Source: Octopus vulgaris (taxonomy: Eukaryota). From it: a stretch of DNA of 64,000 nucleotides. Each line of letters begins with the position of its first letter. The first letter of the stretch is position 1. The stretch spans positions 158,658,001 to 158,722,000 of the forward strand of contig OX597816.1 of assembly GCA_951406725.2 (NCBI GenBank), read 5' to 3'. The notes beneath the pieces are model-generated. The model was not told where the DNA came from, made no database searches, and was given only the letters and a program-made list of their open reading frames with translations. This document shows positions 13,385-26,019 of the stretch, piece by piece. The position numbers were made by a program, and so were the translations under genes.

Positions 13385-13592
13385 ATCCAAACAAGAAAGC
13401 ACAAAAAAACACAACAACGCGAGTATGTGGAACAAATATAGTATTACTGGACGCTCAGGAAAGAAGGAAAGAAGGAGGGTTTAACGTTTCGAGCGGAGCT
13501 CTTTGTTGGAAACATAGGAGAAGGAAAGATCCAGAGAAGGGAAGACAGAGGAAAAAAAATCGCCAACGGTACACACAAGGTCACATTTTGAA
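13385..13592 (-). mobile_element. Penelope-like terminal repeat fragment with decayed hammerhead
   Basis: Minus strand gttt-CCAACAA-agagctccgctc-GAAAC-GTT-aaac; flanked by (TA)n. Confidence 0.5.
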
Positions 13593-15239
13593 ATATATAT
13601 ATATATATATATTTGAGACCCCATGGTTGTAACCTCAACCGTGATTTTTCTGTTGTGATTTTTGCTACCCAGGTATCGGTTATAATTTGAATAATCCGTA
13701 ACAAGATAATTCATTTATCCATTTCAATAAATATATATATATATATCAATTGTTATGAATCCAAACAAATACAGGAATAGAAGAAAAGAAGATGAAAATG
13801 CACAGAGTATATATAAGAGTTAATTAGGATTTAAGTATATTTTACAATATAAGAAAACACTTGACCAGTTTCATATTAGATTTTCGAAGGTGTATAGTGT
13901 TTGGAGTTGTGACGCAAATTATGTCTATTCTGGCCATTGTTATAAAAATAGTTTGTTTTTAAAGTAGGAATATATATGATTTTAATTAAGGATTTAGAAG
14001 CACTTCATAAAATAACGTTTTCATTGTCAAACTTTAAAATTTCTGAAGTTTCTTGCATAAAATTATAACAAAAGTTTTAAGTTATGATATGAACATTTAA
14101 AAATGAGACACTGAAGCAGTTTTAGCCGGGATGGTACCAAAAGAAGCTATTGGTATTAAAAAAAAAAATTCTTCAAATTTTCAAAGAATTATAGTATTTT
14201 TTAAATTACTTCTTTTAATTAAGATGTGAAAATCAAGACAATAAACCTGATAGTTCAATTTTTTTATATATATACTAAAAAGTTTTTAGTAATCTATAAA
14301 ACATTTACAGACACATTATACTATAATACAAATACGTATAAATATAAATATATATATACATATACGCATATGTAAAATATGTATATATATATATATATGA
14401 TGCATGTATATTAGATGTACCTGGAATAAAGAGTGCCAAATTATCAATAAATAAATATATGTGCAATATAAATATATATATGAATGAATATATAAATAAA
14501 GGAGAAAGTAGAAAAACAATGAATTACCATAGGGTGCTATTTGAAATGAGAGTGGGGGGAGGAAATAAGGGTTTCACCTCAAATGGAAGGTAAATATCTC
14601 ACCTCTTACACTTCAGTTGATAGAGGAATAGTTGATGTGGACACAGGAGACAACAGCTGCTGCAGTAGGTGTGTTGTTGCAAGCACACCTAAATGGCTGA
14701 GCGTGTCATTAAGAGATTATTACTAAAGAAGCTAGGCGCTTGTACTACAGTGTAGCATGTCTGAGCTTTGTAGTGGAGGGGAGGGAGAAGGGAGAGAAGG
14801 TGAGTTAGTGGCTATGGGAAGAGGAGGAGTTAAGAAGAGGAAAGAGCTAGAAGAAGAAGCTAAGAAGAAAAAGCTAAGAAGAAGAATCTAAGAAAAAGAA
14901 GCTAAGAAGAAAAAGAGAAGTAGAGAAAAAGAAGCTAGAAGACCAAGGAAAAGAAGAGAAAAAAGAAGAAATGGTGGATAAGGGAAAGAAATTGAGAGAC
15001 AATGAGAGTGAGGAGAAGTAAGAGGGGAAGAGAAACAAAAAAAAAGCAATAAGACAAAAGGAAAATAGTAAAAGGTATAAATGGAATTAATTTTTAGTTG
15101 TTGAGAAATGCTGCTGTCTGGCTGTGTAACTGTAGATATATGTAAAGATAGGGCTGAGTGGTTAAGAAGATCATTTTGCAAATCACCAGGTCCCAGGTTC
15201 AGTTCCACTGTTACATCTTGGACAAGTGTGTTTTTATTA

Positions 15240-15730
15240 TGCCACTTAAAAGCACCCAGTCAACACTTTAAAGTGGTTGGTGTTCGGAAGGGCATCCAAC
15301 TGTAAAAACCTTGCCAAAACTGACCTCACCTGTGCCCTGTGCTTGTGTCACGTAAAAAGCACTAAGTCCACTCTGCTGAGTGGTTGGTGTTAAGAAGGGC
15401 ATCCAGCTGGAAAAACCTTGCCAAAACTAACCTCACCTGTGCTTGTGTCACGTAAAAAGCACTAAGTCCACTTTGCTGAGTGGTTGGTGTTAAGAAGGGC
15501 ATCCAGCTGGAAAAACCTTGCCAAAACTAACCTCACCTGTGCTTGTGTCATGTAAAAAGCACTAAGTCCACTCTGCTGAGTGGTTGGTGTTAGGAAGAGC
15601 ATCCAGCTGTAAAAATCTTGCCAAAACAGTCACAGAAGTCTGGTGCAGCTTCTACCTGACCAGCTATTGTGAAACCATCCCACTCATGCTAACATGGAAG
15701 GGGGATGTTAAACGATGATGATGATGATGA
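15240..15730 (+). mobile_element. RTE-tail-related repeat with internal ~117-bp triplication
   Basis: aaaaccttgccaaaact.acctcacctgtgc...aagggcatccagctg repeated, (GAT)n tail. Confidence 0.75.
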
Positions 15731-16884
15731 CTTGAAGTCAATCCAAGACTTGTGATTGAAATTAGGTTAAGGGAAATAGTGGAAGCTTATCAGGAATGCT
15801 TCGCAACCATGTGGTCTTGGGTTCAGTTCCACTGAGCAACACCTTTGGTAAGTGTCTTCTACTATAGCTCCAGACTGACCAATGAGTGTCTTTGGTAGGT
15901 AGAAACTGTGTGGAAGCCTTTCACGTGCGTGTATGTGTGTGCGTCTAAGCATGTGTATTGTCGTGTTTTTGTTTGTCCTCCTCCACTGCCTGACAATTGG
16001 AGCTGGCTTGTTTACATCCCCATAACTTAGTGGTTTAGCAAAAGAGACTGATAAAACAAGCACCAGATTTTAAATAAAAAAGACAGACAAAATAAAAAAA
16101 CCCTGAATACTGGGATTGATTTGTTTGACTTAAACCCTTCAAGGCAGTGCCCCAGCATGGCCACAGTCTAATAACTGAAATAAGGTAAATGGATAAAGAA
16201 GAGAAAGATACATTGTTGTTGTAATTCAAAGAGTCAATTTTGTGATGCCCTGTGTTATACTGATTCTACCCGCAGATTATGCATTAAGAGTAAGAGTATA
16301 TATGTCTATGGAATACTCAGCCACATAGATTATATTTCAATCACATTTCAATTAGTAGGTAATTCAGTAACAGAACTAGAATACACATTGTTGGAAGTAG
16401 AAGAGATCTATTTACACTGTGTTTCTTTGTGTGTCCTTTCAATTTTATTCTTCGATTCTTTTACCTGTTTCAGTCAGTTGGTTGAGGCCATGCTGGAGCA
16501 CTACCGTAAAGAGGCGTTTTAGTTGAACAAATCAACCCCAGGACTTATTCTATCATTCTCTTCTGCTGAACTGCTAAGTTATGGGGGATGTAAACACACC
16601 AACATCGGTTGTCAAGCGACGATGGTGGGGATGAATATTAACTAGCTGCCATTTGCCTAAATTCTTCTTTGAGAATTTTAACTCCTGCACTCCTCTCTCC
16701 ATCATTTATGACAGTTGATGGTTTATATCACTTGCATTGGCTAAATCATCATAATACTTTCCAACCTTCTAATGTATGTAGTTGGCTGACCAAACAAAAC
16801 TACATTTTGGGTGATGTAATCCTCTCTATTCCAATATAAATTAGCATATATTATACTCTGCATACTTGCACAGAAACTTATATT

Positions 16885-17248
16885 CTCTCTTTTACTTGTT
16901 TCAGTCATTTGACTGCGACCATGCTGGAGCACCGCCTTTAGTCGAGCATGTTGACCCCGGGACTTATTCTTTGTAAGCCCAGTACTTATTCTATCAGTCT
17001 CTTTTGCCGAACTGCTAAGTGACGGGTCAAGCAATGCTAGGGGGACAAACACACACACACACACACATATATATATACATATATACGACAGGCTTCTTTC
17101 AGTTTCCGTCTACCAAATCCACTCACAAGGCATTGGTCGGCCCGGGGCTATAGCAGAAGACACTTGCCCAAGATGCCACGCAGTGGGACTGAACCTGGAA
17201 CCATGTGGTTGGTTAGCAAGCTACTTACCACACAGCCACTCCTGCGCC
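16885..17248 (-). mobile_element. SINE family A
   Basis: Reverse complement of the 1786-2210 family. Confidence 0.9.
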
Positions 17249-17334
17249 TATATTGTTTATTTTTATGTTCTTGTACCACAACAAAAACTATATATGCTTA
17301 GATATCATGCAAAGTTTGAAGTGTATGTGTATAT

Positions 17335-18510
17335 ATCACCATCAAGATCCTTCCATGCTGGCATGGGTTGGATGGTTTGGCAACAGCTGGTAAATCAGAA
17401 AACTGCACCAAGCTCTACTGCCTACTTTCAAATGATTTCTATGGCTGGATGTCCCTCCTAAAGCCAACCACCTTACAGAGTGCACTGGGTGCTTTTTATG
17501 TGGCACCAATAGCAGTGAGGTCACCAAGCATCTTGCAAGACAGACCCCTCAACTGAGGGGATCAGGGAGTAGTATTGAGGGAGGTGGCTTTTGTGCCAGG
17601 TGATGAGAACTTATATATGAATAGAGGGAGAGAAATAGGGGTCTTGTAGCAGAGGAGATAAATGGCTACTTCAGCTGGAGAGAAAATGGAGAGAGAGTGG
17701 AGTGAGAGAAGAGAGAGATAAGATGAAGAAGTGATAGGGTCAAGTTAAAAGGAGGTGTATAGAGAAGTGGATCGGGGATTGGATAGGGTAAATTTATAAG
17801 GTTATGAAAGGAGAATGGAAGGTGGAGGAGAGGGGGATGTAATGAGTAGGTAGAGGTGGGGACTGTTAGGAGGATATATTGTGGGGAAGAGATTTGACAG
17901 GGACATAGTGTGCAGGTAGGTTCACAAGGGAGAGTGGGAGACAGAAGGGAAGGGAGAGGTTATGGGAAAATGGAATATGAGGGAGAGGTTTGTCAGGGAC
18001 AGATTGCATGCAGGGGCATGGACAGAAGGACATATCATTATGGTCTCAATTTTACTTGGCTAGATGGTTGAGCACAGTAAACTGCCAGTTGTCTCTGTCA
18101 TTTATCATTTTCTGTCAGGCTCAAAATCTGAAGCTCATTTTCATAACTTTGCCCCTTGTCTTTCTCTTCTAGAAGTTAACTTCACATTTAGAGATTGAAA
18201 CGTTTTTATGCAGCTGTTCTCATCCAAATGCACATTACATCTGATACCTCTTATAACCAATTTTACTCTCAAAACACTAGCTCTTTGTTATACCTGCACA
18301 CTGACATTGCATATCCAATGGAGCATACTGACTTCATTTCTTTCAAGCTATCACAGCCCCTGTTTCATTACCATGTTGCAAACTAGTTTGTATACAGGCA
18401 TCATACAATCTGCCTTCCACTCCGACAGAGAGGCTGTTTGTTACCAACAAAGGTAGCAGCTCTCTGAACTTTACCCAGCTAGTTCTTATTCTAGCAACAA
18501 CACTTTCTAG
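17335..18510 (-). mobile_element. RTE-clade LINE 3' portion (degenerate RT C-terminus plus long 3' UTR)
   Basis: Homologous to 42290-43460; ends in the catcaagatccttccatgctggcatgggttgg tail. Confidence 0.65.
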
Positions 18511-18671
18511 AAAAGGGGTGGTAAGAAAGTAGATGTTAGAGTAAAAAAAATAGAATAACTAAGAAGTAAACACAGGACAAACATAGAATATACCTCATTA
18601 AAGGGCTACAAATTGTTAAAAACATTTGAATACACTTTATAAGAAACAGTGTGATCATTAGTTCAACTTAC

Positions 18672-18767
18672 CTTAGATTTATTAACAAACATGGTTTTAG
18701 GCACAAGTCTTTGAGGCTGTGTCTCATCGGTTACTCCGGCACTTACTTTCCTCTGTTTTATTAATAC
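18672..18767 (-). CDS. Exon of host gene, VLIKQRKVSAGVTDETQPQRLVPKTMFVNKSK
   Basis: Acceptor ttccctcttttccaatgtgtacag, donor GTAAGT, 96 nt open, phase 0-0. Confidence 0.75.
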
Positions 18768-19410
18768 CTGTACACATTGGAAAAGAGGGAAATTAAGGTT
18801 TTTTGCTTTTGTTTTTGGTAATGTATAGTGAAGGTTCAAGACATCTTACTCCCTCACACAAATGCATATATTCAAAGTTATTCTAACCTTTAGCATACTG
18901 AAGGCAAATCATCTCACCCTACGAGTTTTCTCCCCTCAAAATGAAATTCAATTTGACTGTAGCTACAGGGAAGAAAACTTGTACAGAAAGATGATTCACC
19001 TTGAGAATGCTAATGATTAATGAGCTAGTATAGATGCATAGATAGATGCTACCTGAAGTTAATTATGGATATGCATAGGTTCTATAATATACAAGAAATA
19101 TTAGTATACACATGGGGTTACAAACTGCATAAAAAGGATTTAACACATATTGTAAAGTTTATTCATTTAGGCTGAGTATTCACAATGTCTGCTCCAATGT
19201 GTTTGGCTTGAAGATATCAAGAGCTTCTCTCTTCCTCCTACCATTCCAGGGGGCATTGCAAAGAGATCACTGGAACAATCTTTGTCCCACTGAGTAAGCT
19301 ATAAAGCAGGGACCAGCAAATTTATTATATCATTGACCTCTTCATGAAATCAGTAATAATTTATTGACACCACATTCCTGATGTATATTTCTAAAATAAA
19401 ATTAAAAAGC

Positions 19411-19618
19411 AATTGCAGCATGGAAGGTGTTTATAAACCATTTAAAAACATACAAAAACTGTTAGATTCATTTCAACATTTAAATTTAATTTGTCAACAT
19501 ATTTTTGTCACTTTGAGACCGTGGCCTGTTCATTGACAAATTAAATTTAAATGATGAAGTGAATCTAACAGTTTTTGCATGTTTTTAAATGGCTTATAAA
19601 CACCTTCACGCTGCAATT
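19411..19618. repeat. ~87-bp inverted repeat (hairpin element)
   Basis: 19411-19497 is the near reverse complement of 19533-19618. Confidence 0.85.
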
Positions 19619-20157
19619 GTTTCTGTTTCAGCACACAATCTAAGATCAGGTCACTTGCTATGCAAGTACAATAATCAAAGAGTGATTATTAAAAAAAATT
19701 CTTGATTTAAAAGCAATAATTCCTTCATTCTCTTATGTCTTTCCTGCATTTTAATAAGAAATATTTAGAGAAACTGAATAAAAACACTAACAAAATTGAT
19801 AGAGAACAATAAAAATTCAAATACATGTGGTCCCCTAACAGTCACAGCTAAACTAAGGGAGATAATCATTTCATCACAAAAATTTAGTCATATATGAATA
19901 TAGTCAGAATATATAATGTGAAATATGCATTTGGTGAATACTAGTTATTAGTTGATAAGTAGCTGGAAAAATTAGTGAGTTCTAGCCTGGAATAACTGAT
20001 TCAGATTGCTAATAATTCAGCACTCTTAATGCTCAAAAGCGTTTCAGATGTTTTATTGACCCCCTTGAAAAATCACACAGACTACCAATCCCCAGAAGTC
20101 AATATTGATCACTTTACAATTCCCAGCTAAAAAGGAAAGATGTGTGAACTGATGAAT

Positions 20158-20500
20158 CATCATCATCATCGTTTAACATTCGCTTTCCATGCTAGCATGG
20201 GTTGGACGATTTGACTGTGATCTGGTGAACCAGATGCTGCACCAGGCTCCAATCTGATCAGGCAGAGTTTCTACAGCTGGAGGCCCTTCCTAATGCCAAC
20301 CACTCCGAGAGTGTAGTGGGTGCTTTTATGTGCCACTGGCACGAGGGCCAGTCAGGCGGTACTGGCAACAGCCACGCTCAAATGGTGCTTTTTATGTGCC
20401 ACTTGCACAGGAGCCAGTCCAGCTCCTGTGCAGGTGGCACATAAAAAGCACCATTTGAGTGTGGCCATCGCCAGTACTGCCTGACTGGCCCTCATGAAGG
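20158..20500 (-). mobile_element. RTE-tail-related repeat with internal fold-back
   Basis: (CAT)n start; 20345-20420 is mirrored in inverted orientation at 20422-20495. Confidence 0.75.
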
Positions 20501-21219
20501 GCAACATATCTGAAGTTCGCGTGTGTGTGTGTGTGTGTGAGTGAGAGAGAGAGAGAGTATATTTCAAAGGAATGTTCTTCATGTCATCATTTGATGACCA
20601 ATTTTCTATGCTGGCATGGTTTGAGCAGTTTGACAGGATCCAGTAAGCCACAAGAACATGTTGAGCTCCGATGTCAGCTTTGGCATGATTTCTACAGTTA
20701 AATGCTCTTCCTAATGTCACCCTTTTTACAATGTGTACTGGGTGCCTTTTTGTGTCACTGTCACTAGTGAAGTCACAAGTAACTTGCAAGACAAAGAAAA
20801 GAAAAAGCCTCCTTGAGTTAGTGAAAATGTATTAGAGAAGAGGGAAGTTGGTTTATAAAATGCTAAATTATGATAGAGAGACAATCACAGCAGGTAGAGG
20901 AGGTACACGACTACCTTACATTATATAAGAATGGGAGGAAATAAGTAGGAAGAAGATAAAGATGGTGGTTATGAAGTGCCATATAAATATTGGTATGGTA
21001 TCCTATATATGTTATATAATGACTTAAAACAGTTCAATGAAATGAGATTATTCAAGCCATTATTTCATTAAAAAATGCTTACTAGGAGCATTTAAAATCT
21101 AAAACTAAGGGAGATAATTCCAATAAGATCAGTTGATGGAAATAGTTGAGCAAAGCCAATTACAATGGATCAAATTTTTCCAAGCATTTGGTTAAAGTAA
21201 CAAATGTTTCACTTATATG

Positions 21220-21363
21220 ATCTCTTGAATGATGCATGTATTACTCAGTTGGAAAGACTAGGAGTTATCATCACCATCATCATATGCAGAAATCTCTTGA
21301 ATGATGCATGTATTACTCAGTTGGAAAGACTAGGAGTTATCATCACCATCATCATATGCAGAA
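21220..21363. repeat. Exact 72-bp tandem duplication
   Basis: atctcttgaatgatgc...catatgcagaa occurs twice. Confidence 0.92.
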
Positions 21364-22361
21364 ATACAGGCAATGAAATGACAGTGATTATAAATATGAC
21401 CAATATGGCTGAAGAAAATGAATATGATCAAAGTTTTCAACTTATATTACATAAATGAATTTCTACCGTGTTTATGTTTAATATGGAGAACACTACCCTG
21501 AAGTAGCTTTTCTGCAGCTGGATACCCTTCCTGTCACCAAGCCTCACATGTTCCCAAGGAAGGTAATATTTCTCTATAACCTGACATGTTCTCACATGAC
21601 ACTGTTTGTAAACCGATCATTCTTAATCACACACACACCCAAATGACACAAGAAATAACAAGAAACTTAGCATCTGTAACTTTTGCACAAGTAATCACAC
21701 AAACACACATGTACAAAATGTCCTTATCCAGTTCCCATCCACTCAAAGGCTTTGGTTGCTTTGGGTCAATAGTACAAGACATTTGCCCAAGGTCCTGCAT
21801 AGTGGAACTGAATGAGAAACTAAGTGGTTGGGAAGTGAATTTGGTGTGTACGTAAGTGTGAATGTGTTAATTGTTTTTACTTTTGCAAACATAGTAGAAA
21901 ATGCCTTGCTGAAGAGACCTAATAAGACAGGAACATGTCCAATGCTTTCACTGTCAACTGATCTTATTGAAATTATCTCCCTTGTTGATTTTATAATTTA
22001 GATACTTCAAGAGGGAGATTTTGCCAACTAATTGTATGTGTGATTAAGACGTTCACAACAATGTGGTTCCAGGTTCAATCCTACAGAAAGGTACCTTAGG
22101 TAAATGCTTTTGGTAAATGTCAGGTTGATCAATAATTTGTGAGCAAAATTTGATAAAAATGAAACTGTGAATAAGTCAGCCACATGTATATATACATAGG
22201 TATCAATATATGTATAAATGTAAGCATATATACATGCACATGTAGGTACATATGTATATTCAAACATGCTTTGAATATATATAATAATAAATATTAGGGA
22301 ATAAATCCAAACTTACAGGGAAAAATCAGATTTAGGATTGAATCCAATTTTATAGTAAAAT

Positions 22362-22650
22362 ATTATATTATATTAAATTAGAGACAAAACCACTATTAGG
22401 CAAATCATACAATGAAAAACTTAAGCCAATACATAAGATTATTTAATTTATATTATTTAAATATAACAAAATTATTTAAAAAATATAATTAATATAACAC
22501 TACGATCGTTTCATTGCTGTTAATTTCTTTAAATTTTCGAGTTACAGTCATTCATCAGGTGTTTTAAATATTTTTCTTATGTATTGGCTTAAGTTTTTCA
22601 TTGTATGATTTGCCTAATAGTAGTTTTGTCTCTAATTTAATACAATATAT
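22362..22650 (-). mobile_element. Penelope-like inverted terminal repeat cassette enclosing a hammerhead
   Basis: Arms ~22370-22438 and ~22575-22642 are reverse complements; hammerhead between them; (TA)n on the right. Confidence 0.65.
22496..22563 (-). ncRNA. Type-I hammerhead ribozyme fold
   Basis: AACAC-CTGATGA-[atgactgtaa...ttaacagcaat]-GAAAC-GATC-GTA-GTGTT; palindromic stem III ACGATCGT. Confidence 0.65.
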
Positions 22651-22661
22651 ATATATATATT

Positions 22662-23302
22662 GCCGAGTCCCCAAAACATGTACAAAGGGTGATAAAAATC
22701 AAACATTCAGTCAACATCATGGTGTTTGGAGTAATCACTAGTGATGGTGATATTATGCCTCCATTCATCTTCCCACATGACCTCAGACTCAACACGGAAG
22801 CCTACATCAGGGGCCTGGAGGTAGTGCTGTTCTGGGTCAATAGGGTAGCTGCCAGAAGACGCTATGTCTGGCAACAAGACTCTGTACCATGCCACACAAG
22901 CAGGAGTACTCAATAATGCCTGTCTGACAATTTCTGCAACCACATCACTCCTAACATCTGGTCACCTAACTCCCCAGATTGCAACCCCCTTGATTATGTG
23001 TGGGGTGCAGTTGAGTGAGAGATCAACAAAATTCCATGTAACACCAAAGATGAACTGAAGGCAAGAATTATGGCAGTTTTCACCAATTTAAACAAGGAGA
23101 CCATCTAGAAGAGTTGCAGGAGATACCGAAGTTGTCTGGAGGCTGTGGTTGAAGCCAATGGCAATTTTATTGAATAAATTTACTCTTTAGTATTTCAAGA
23201 TATTTTTATGTAATTTTGGTAAAATATATCTGTTAAAATGAGATGACTGTTATTTTCAGTTTTGTATAATTTAGACAACAATTTATTCGCCGCAACCTAT
23301 AT
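22662..23302 (+). mobile_element. maT (DD37D) Tc1/mariner transposon, defective 3' half
   Basis: IMVFGVITSDG...WQQDSVPCHTS...WSPNSPDCNPLD with 37 residues between the catalytic Asp residues; in-frame stops; TA-ended right terminus. Confidence 0.85.
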
Positions 23303-23738
23303 ATTGCATGCATACACACATGTATGTACACACATATATATGCATGTGTATATATGGGTATATGTATGTAAATATGAATGTATGAGTGCAGGTATTTATG
23401 CATACATATATATGCGCACACATATATATATATACATATATATATATACATGAATTCATTTGCATATGTATACATGTGTATACATATGTGTGTATGCACG
23501 TATGTTCCACCCCCAGCTCATGATTTTTTCAATCAGTCAACTTCAAGAGAAATATAAAGAATACTAGTAAACTATTACTTAGCTGTTAATCTCTTGACTA
23601 AACTGTGTATTCTTATTACTAGCATCCAGTTAACAGGGTCACTTGATATGCTAGAATTAGTAGCCAAAATCTACTTTATATCACACTTTGCTAACTTAAA
23701 AAAGAAGGAAGCAACAGAGATATATCTAGGCCTTTATT

Positions 23739-23940
23739 TAACCCTTTTGTTACTATATTCCTGTTGCAGTTGCTTTTGAAATAAGGAAAAAATTAGTAAA
23801 ATAACTGTCATTATTAAGCTAGTATTTGGAACATAAATTATCATGAAAATTGTGATGAAAGCTTTAATTGGATTTACTTTAAAGCAGGAAGTGTGCATCA
23901 CAGAACCAAAGGTGGTCTCAGGAGAGTTGGGATCAAAAGG
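23739..23940. mobile_element. Diverged piggyBac-like MITE
   Basis: ttaacccttttgttactat start; homologous to 99-324. Confidence 0.55.
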
Positions 23941-24510
23941 AGAGCAATATGGTGCATGTGTGAAAGTGTGTGGGATTTCATTGCTATTTCTTGCAAAGTG
24001 AATGGCCACATAGAGACTCCCTCCCAAAACAACGAACTTCACAATAAACAAATTTTGTGAGACCATGACCTATGAGACAGGGTATTTGTGCTAAGTAAAA
24101 AAAAAAAAATCAGTTATTATTCATATCAACAATAGTGTAGAGATTTGGTTTAGGTGATCGAGTACCTTTCAGACTCTACCCTTGCACTTCTAGATTCTCA
24201 ATACAAATGTTTTCAGGTTTTATTTTGCTTTCCACCCCTCTGGGGTCAAAACAACTAAATACATGAATCCTTGTTCATGTACAATATGTAACTATAGTTC
24301 ATATATGTGAATGATAGTTCATTCTCTATATTTCCCCTTTAAATGTGTACCTCTACTCTTTTGTTTTACGTGGGAAAATGCCTAGACAGGTTTAGTCAAC
24401 TATTTATAAGTCTACTAGTTATTGTATCAGTATTTTTTGCCAAACCACTAAGTTACAGGGGAATGTAAACTAACACTGATTGTCAAACATTTTTGGGATA
24501 CAAACACAAG

Positions 24511-24812
24511 TGGAGGCACATGGCCTCGTGGTTAGAGCAGCGGACTCGCAGTTGAGGGATCATGGGTTCGAATCTCAGACCAGGTGATGTGTGTTTATGA
24601 GTGAAACACCTAAGCTCCACACAACTCCGACAAAAGGTAATGGGGAACTTCTGCTGACTCTTTCGCCACAACTTTCTCTCACTCTTTCCTCCTCCTGCAT
24701 CTAGCAGCTCACCTGCGGTGGACCAGCGTCCTGTCCAGGTGGGGAACCTATATGCCAATGAAACTGGGAAACTGGCCCTTATGAGCCAGGCATAGCTCAA
24801 GAAGGAACAAAC
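24511..24812 (+). mobile_element. tRNA-derived SINE family B (tRNA-Arg-like head)
   Basis: tggcctcgtggttagagc A box, gggttcgaatctc B box, (AAAC)n tail. Confidence 0.8.
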
Positions 24813-25078
24813 AAACATAACAATCAAGGATACACACATGCACGCACATGTGCACACACACACACACACACGATAATCTTCCTTTCAGTTTCTGGTTAAT
24901 AAATCCCCTGACATAGCTGTGATTGTCCTGGAGCTATAGAAGACAACACTTGCCCAAGGTGCCATGCAGTAGGATTGAACCCAAGATCACATAGTTGGGA
25001 ATCAAGCTTCTTAACCTCACAGACATACCTGGTGTATAAAATTTTTATTCTACAAGACTTTTGTCAAATTTTACTTAC

Positions 25079-25140
25079 TCCATGTGGGGTTTTTTTAGAC
25101 TCTTTCTCCTTAATGAATGCAAGCGTCCGGTTACCTCTAT
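25079..25140 (-). CDS. Exon of host gene, (D)RGNRTLAFIKEKESKKTPHG
   Basis: Acceptor ttgttgttgtttttcag, donor GTAAGT, 62 nt, phase 1 to 0. Bridges the 39.8-kb and 18.7-kb exons in frame. Confidence 0.75.
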
Positions 25141-25569
25141 CTGAAAAACAACAACAAAGAATTAGATGTATTGCTTTTTTTTTTCTTTCAGTCAAGAAAT
25201 ACATGTAAATAAATTATAAGAGTGTGTGCACGCGTATATAAATTCTGAAATGAGAGTAAACGGATAGTCAATAGAAAACTAAAGCTTAGATATGTTTATT
25301 TGAAACTGAAGATTCCTTTTAATGCTACTCAGAGCTTTATACCACATTTTCCGTCATACAAGTTGGACTGTTCAGGCCAAACTGTACAACCAAAACACAA
25401 GGTCCGACTTACACACCAAGATAAATTTGAATGATTAAAATTTCTATGTGAAATACAGGATTGTAAAGATAGTGATAATGTTTGAATGATTAAAATTTCT
25501 ATGTGAATTACAGGATTGTAAAGATAGTGATAATGTTTGAATGTTTACACCACATGTTTATTGGAGTGA

Positions 25570-26010
25570 TAAGAGTACCATACGAGTGAGATCGTTGCCA
25601 GAGCAACAAGCTGGCCTTTGTGCCGATGGCACGTTAAAAACACCATTCAAGTGTGATCGTTACCTGCATTGCCTTACTAGCACTTGTGCTGGTGGTACAT
25701 GAAAAAAAAGCATTTGAGCGAGGTCATTGCCAGTGCTGCTGGACTGGCTCCTGTGCAGGTGGCACATAAAAAGTACCATTTGAGCATAGCCGTTGCTAGT
25801 ACCAGCTAACTGGCCCTCGTGCCGGTGGCACATAAAAGCACCCACTACACTCTCAGAGTGGTTAGAATTAGGAAGGGCATCCAGCTGTAGAAACTGCCAG
25901 ATCAGATTGGAGTCTGGTGCAGCCATCTGGTTCGCCAGACCTCAGTCAAATTGTCCAACCCATGCTAGCATGGAAAGTGGACGTTAAATGATGATGATGA
26001 TGATGATGAC
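25570..26010 (+). mobile_element. RTE-tail-related repeat, long form
   Basis: Several ggcac.taaaa.cacc units, (GAT)n tail. Confidence 0.8.
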
Positions 26011-26019
26011 TACAATGAC

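Noticed and set aside
21204-21458. ORF with an in-frame 24-aa duplication
   Set aside because: Results from a 72-bp tandem duplication; antisense to the host gene with no splice or homology support.
24511-24585. tRNA gene
   Set aside because: The tRNA-like head continues into a multicopy SINE body and the acceptor stem is not intact.
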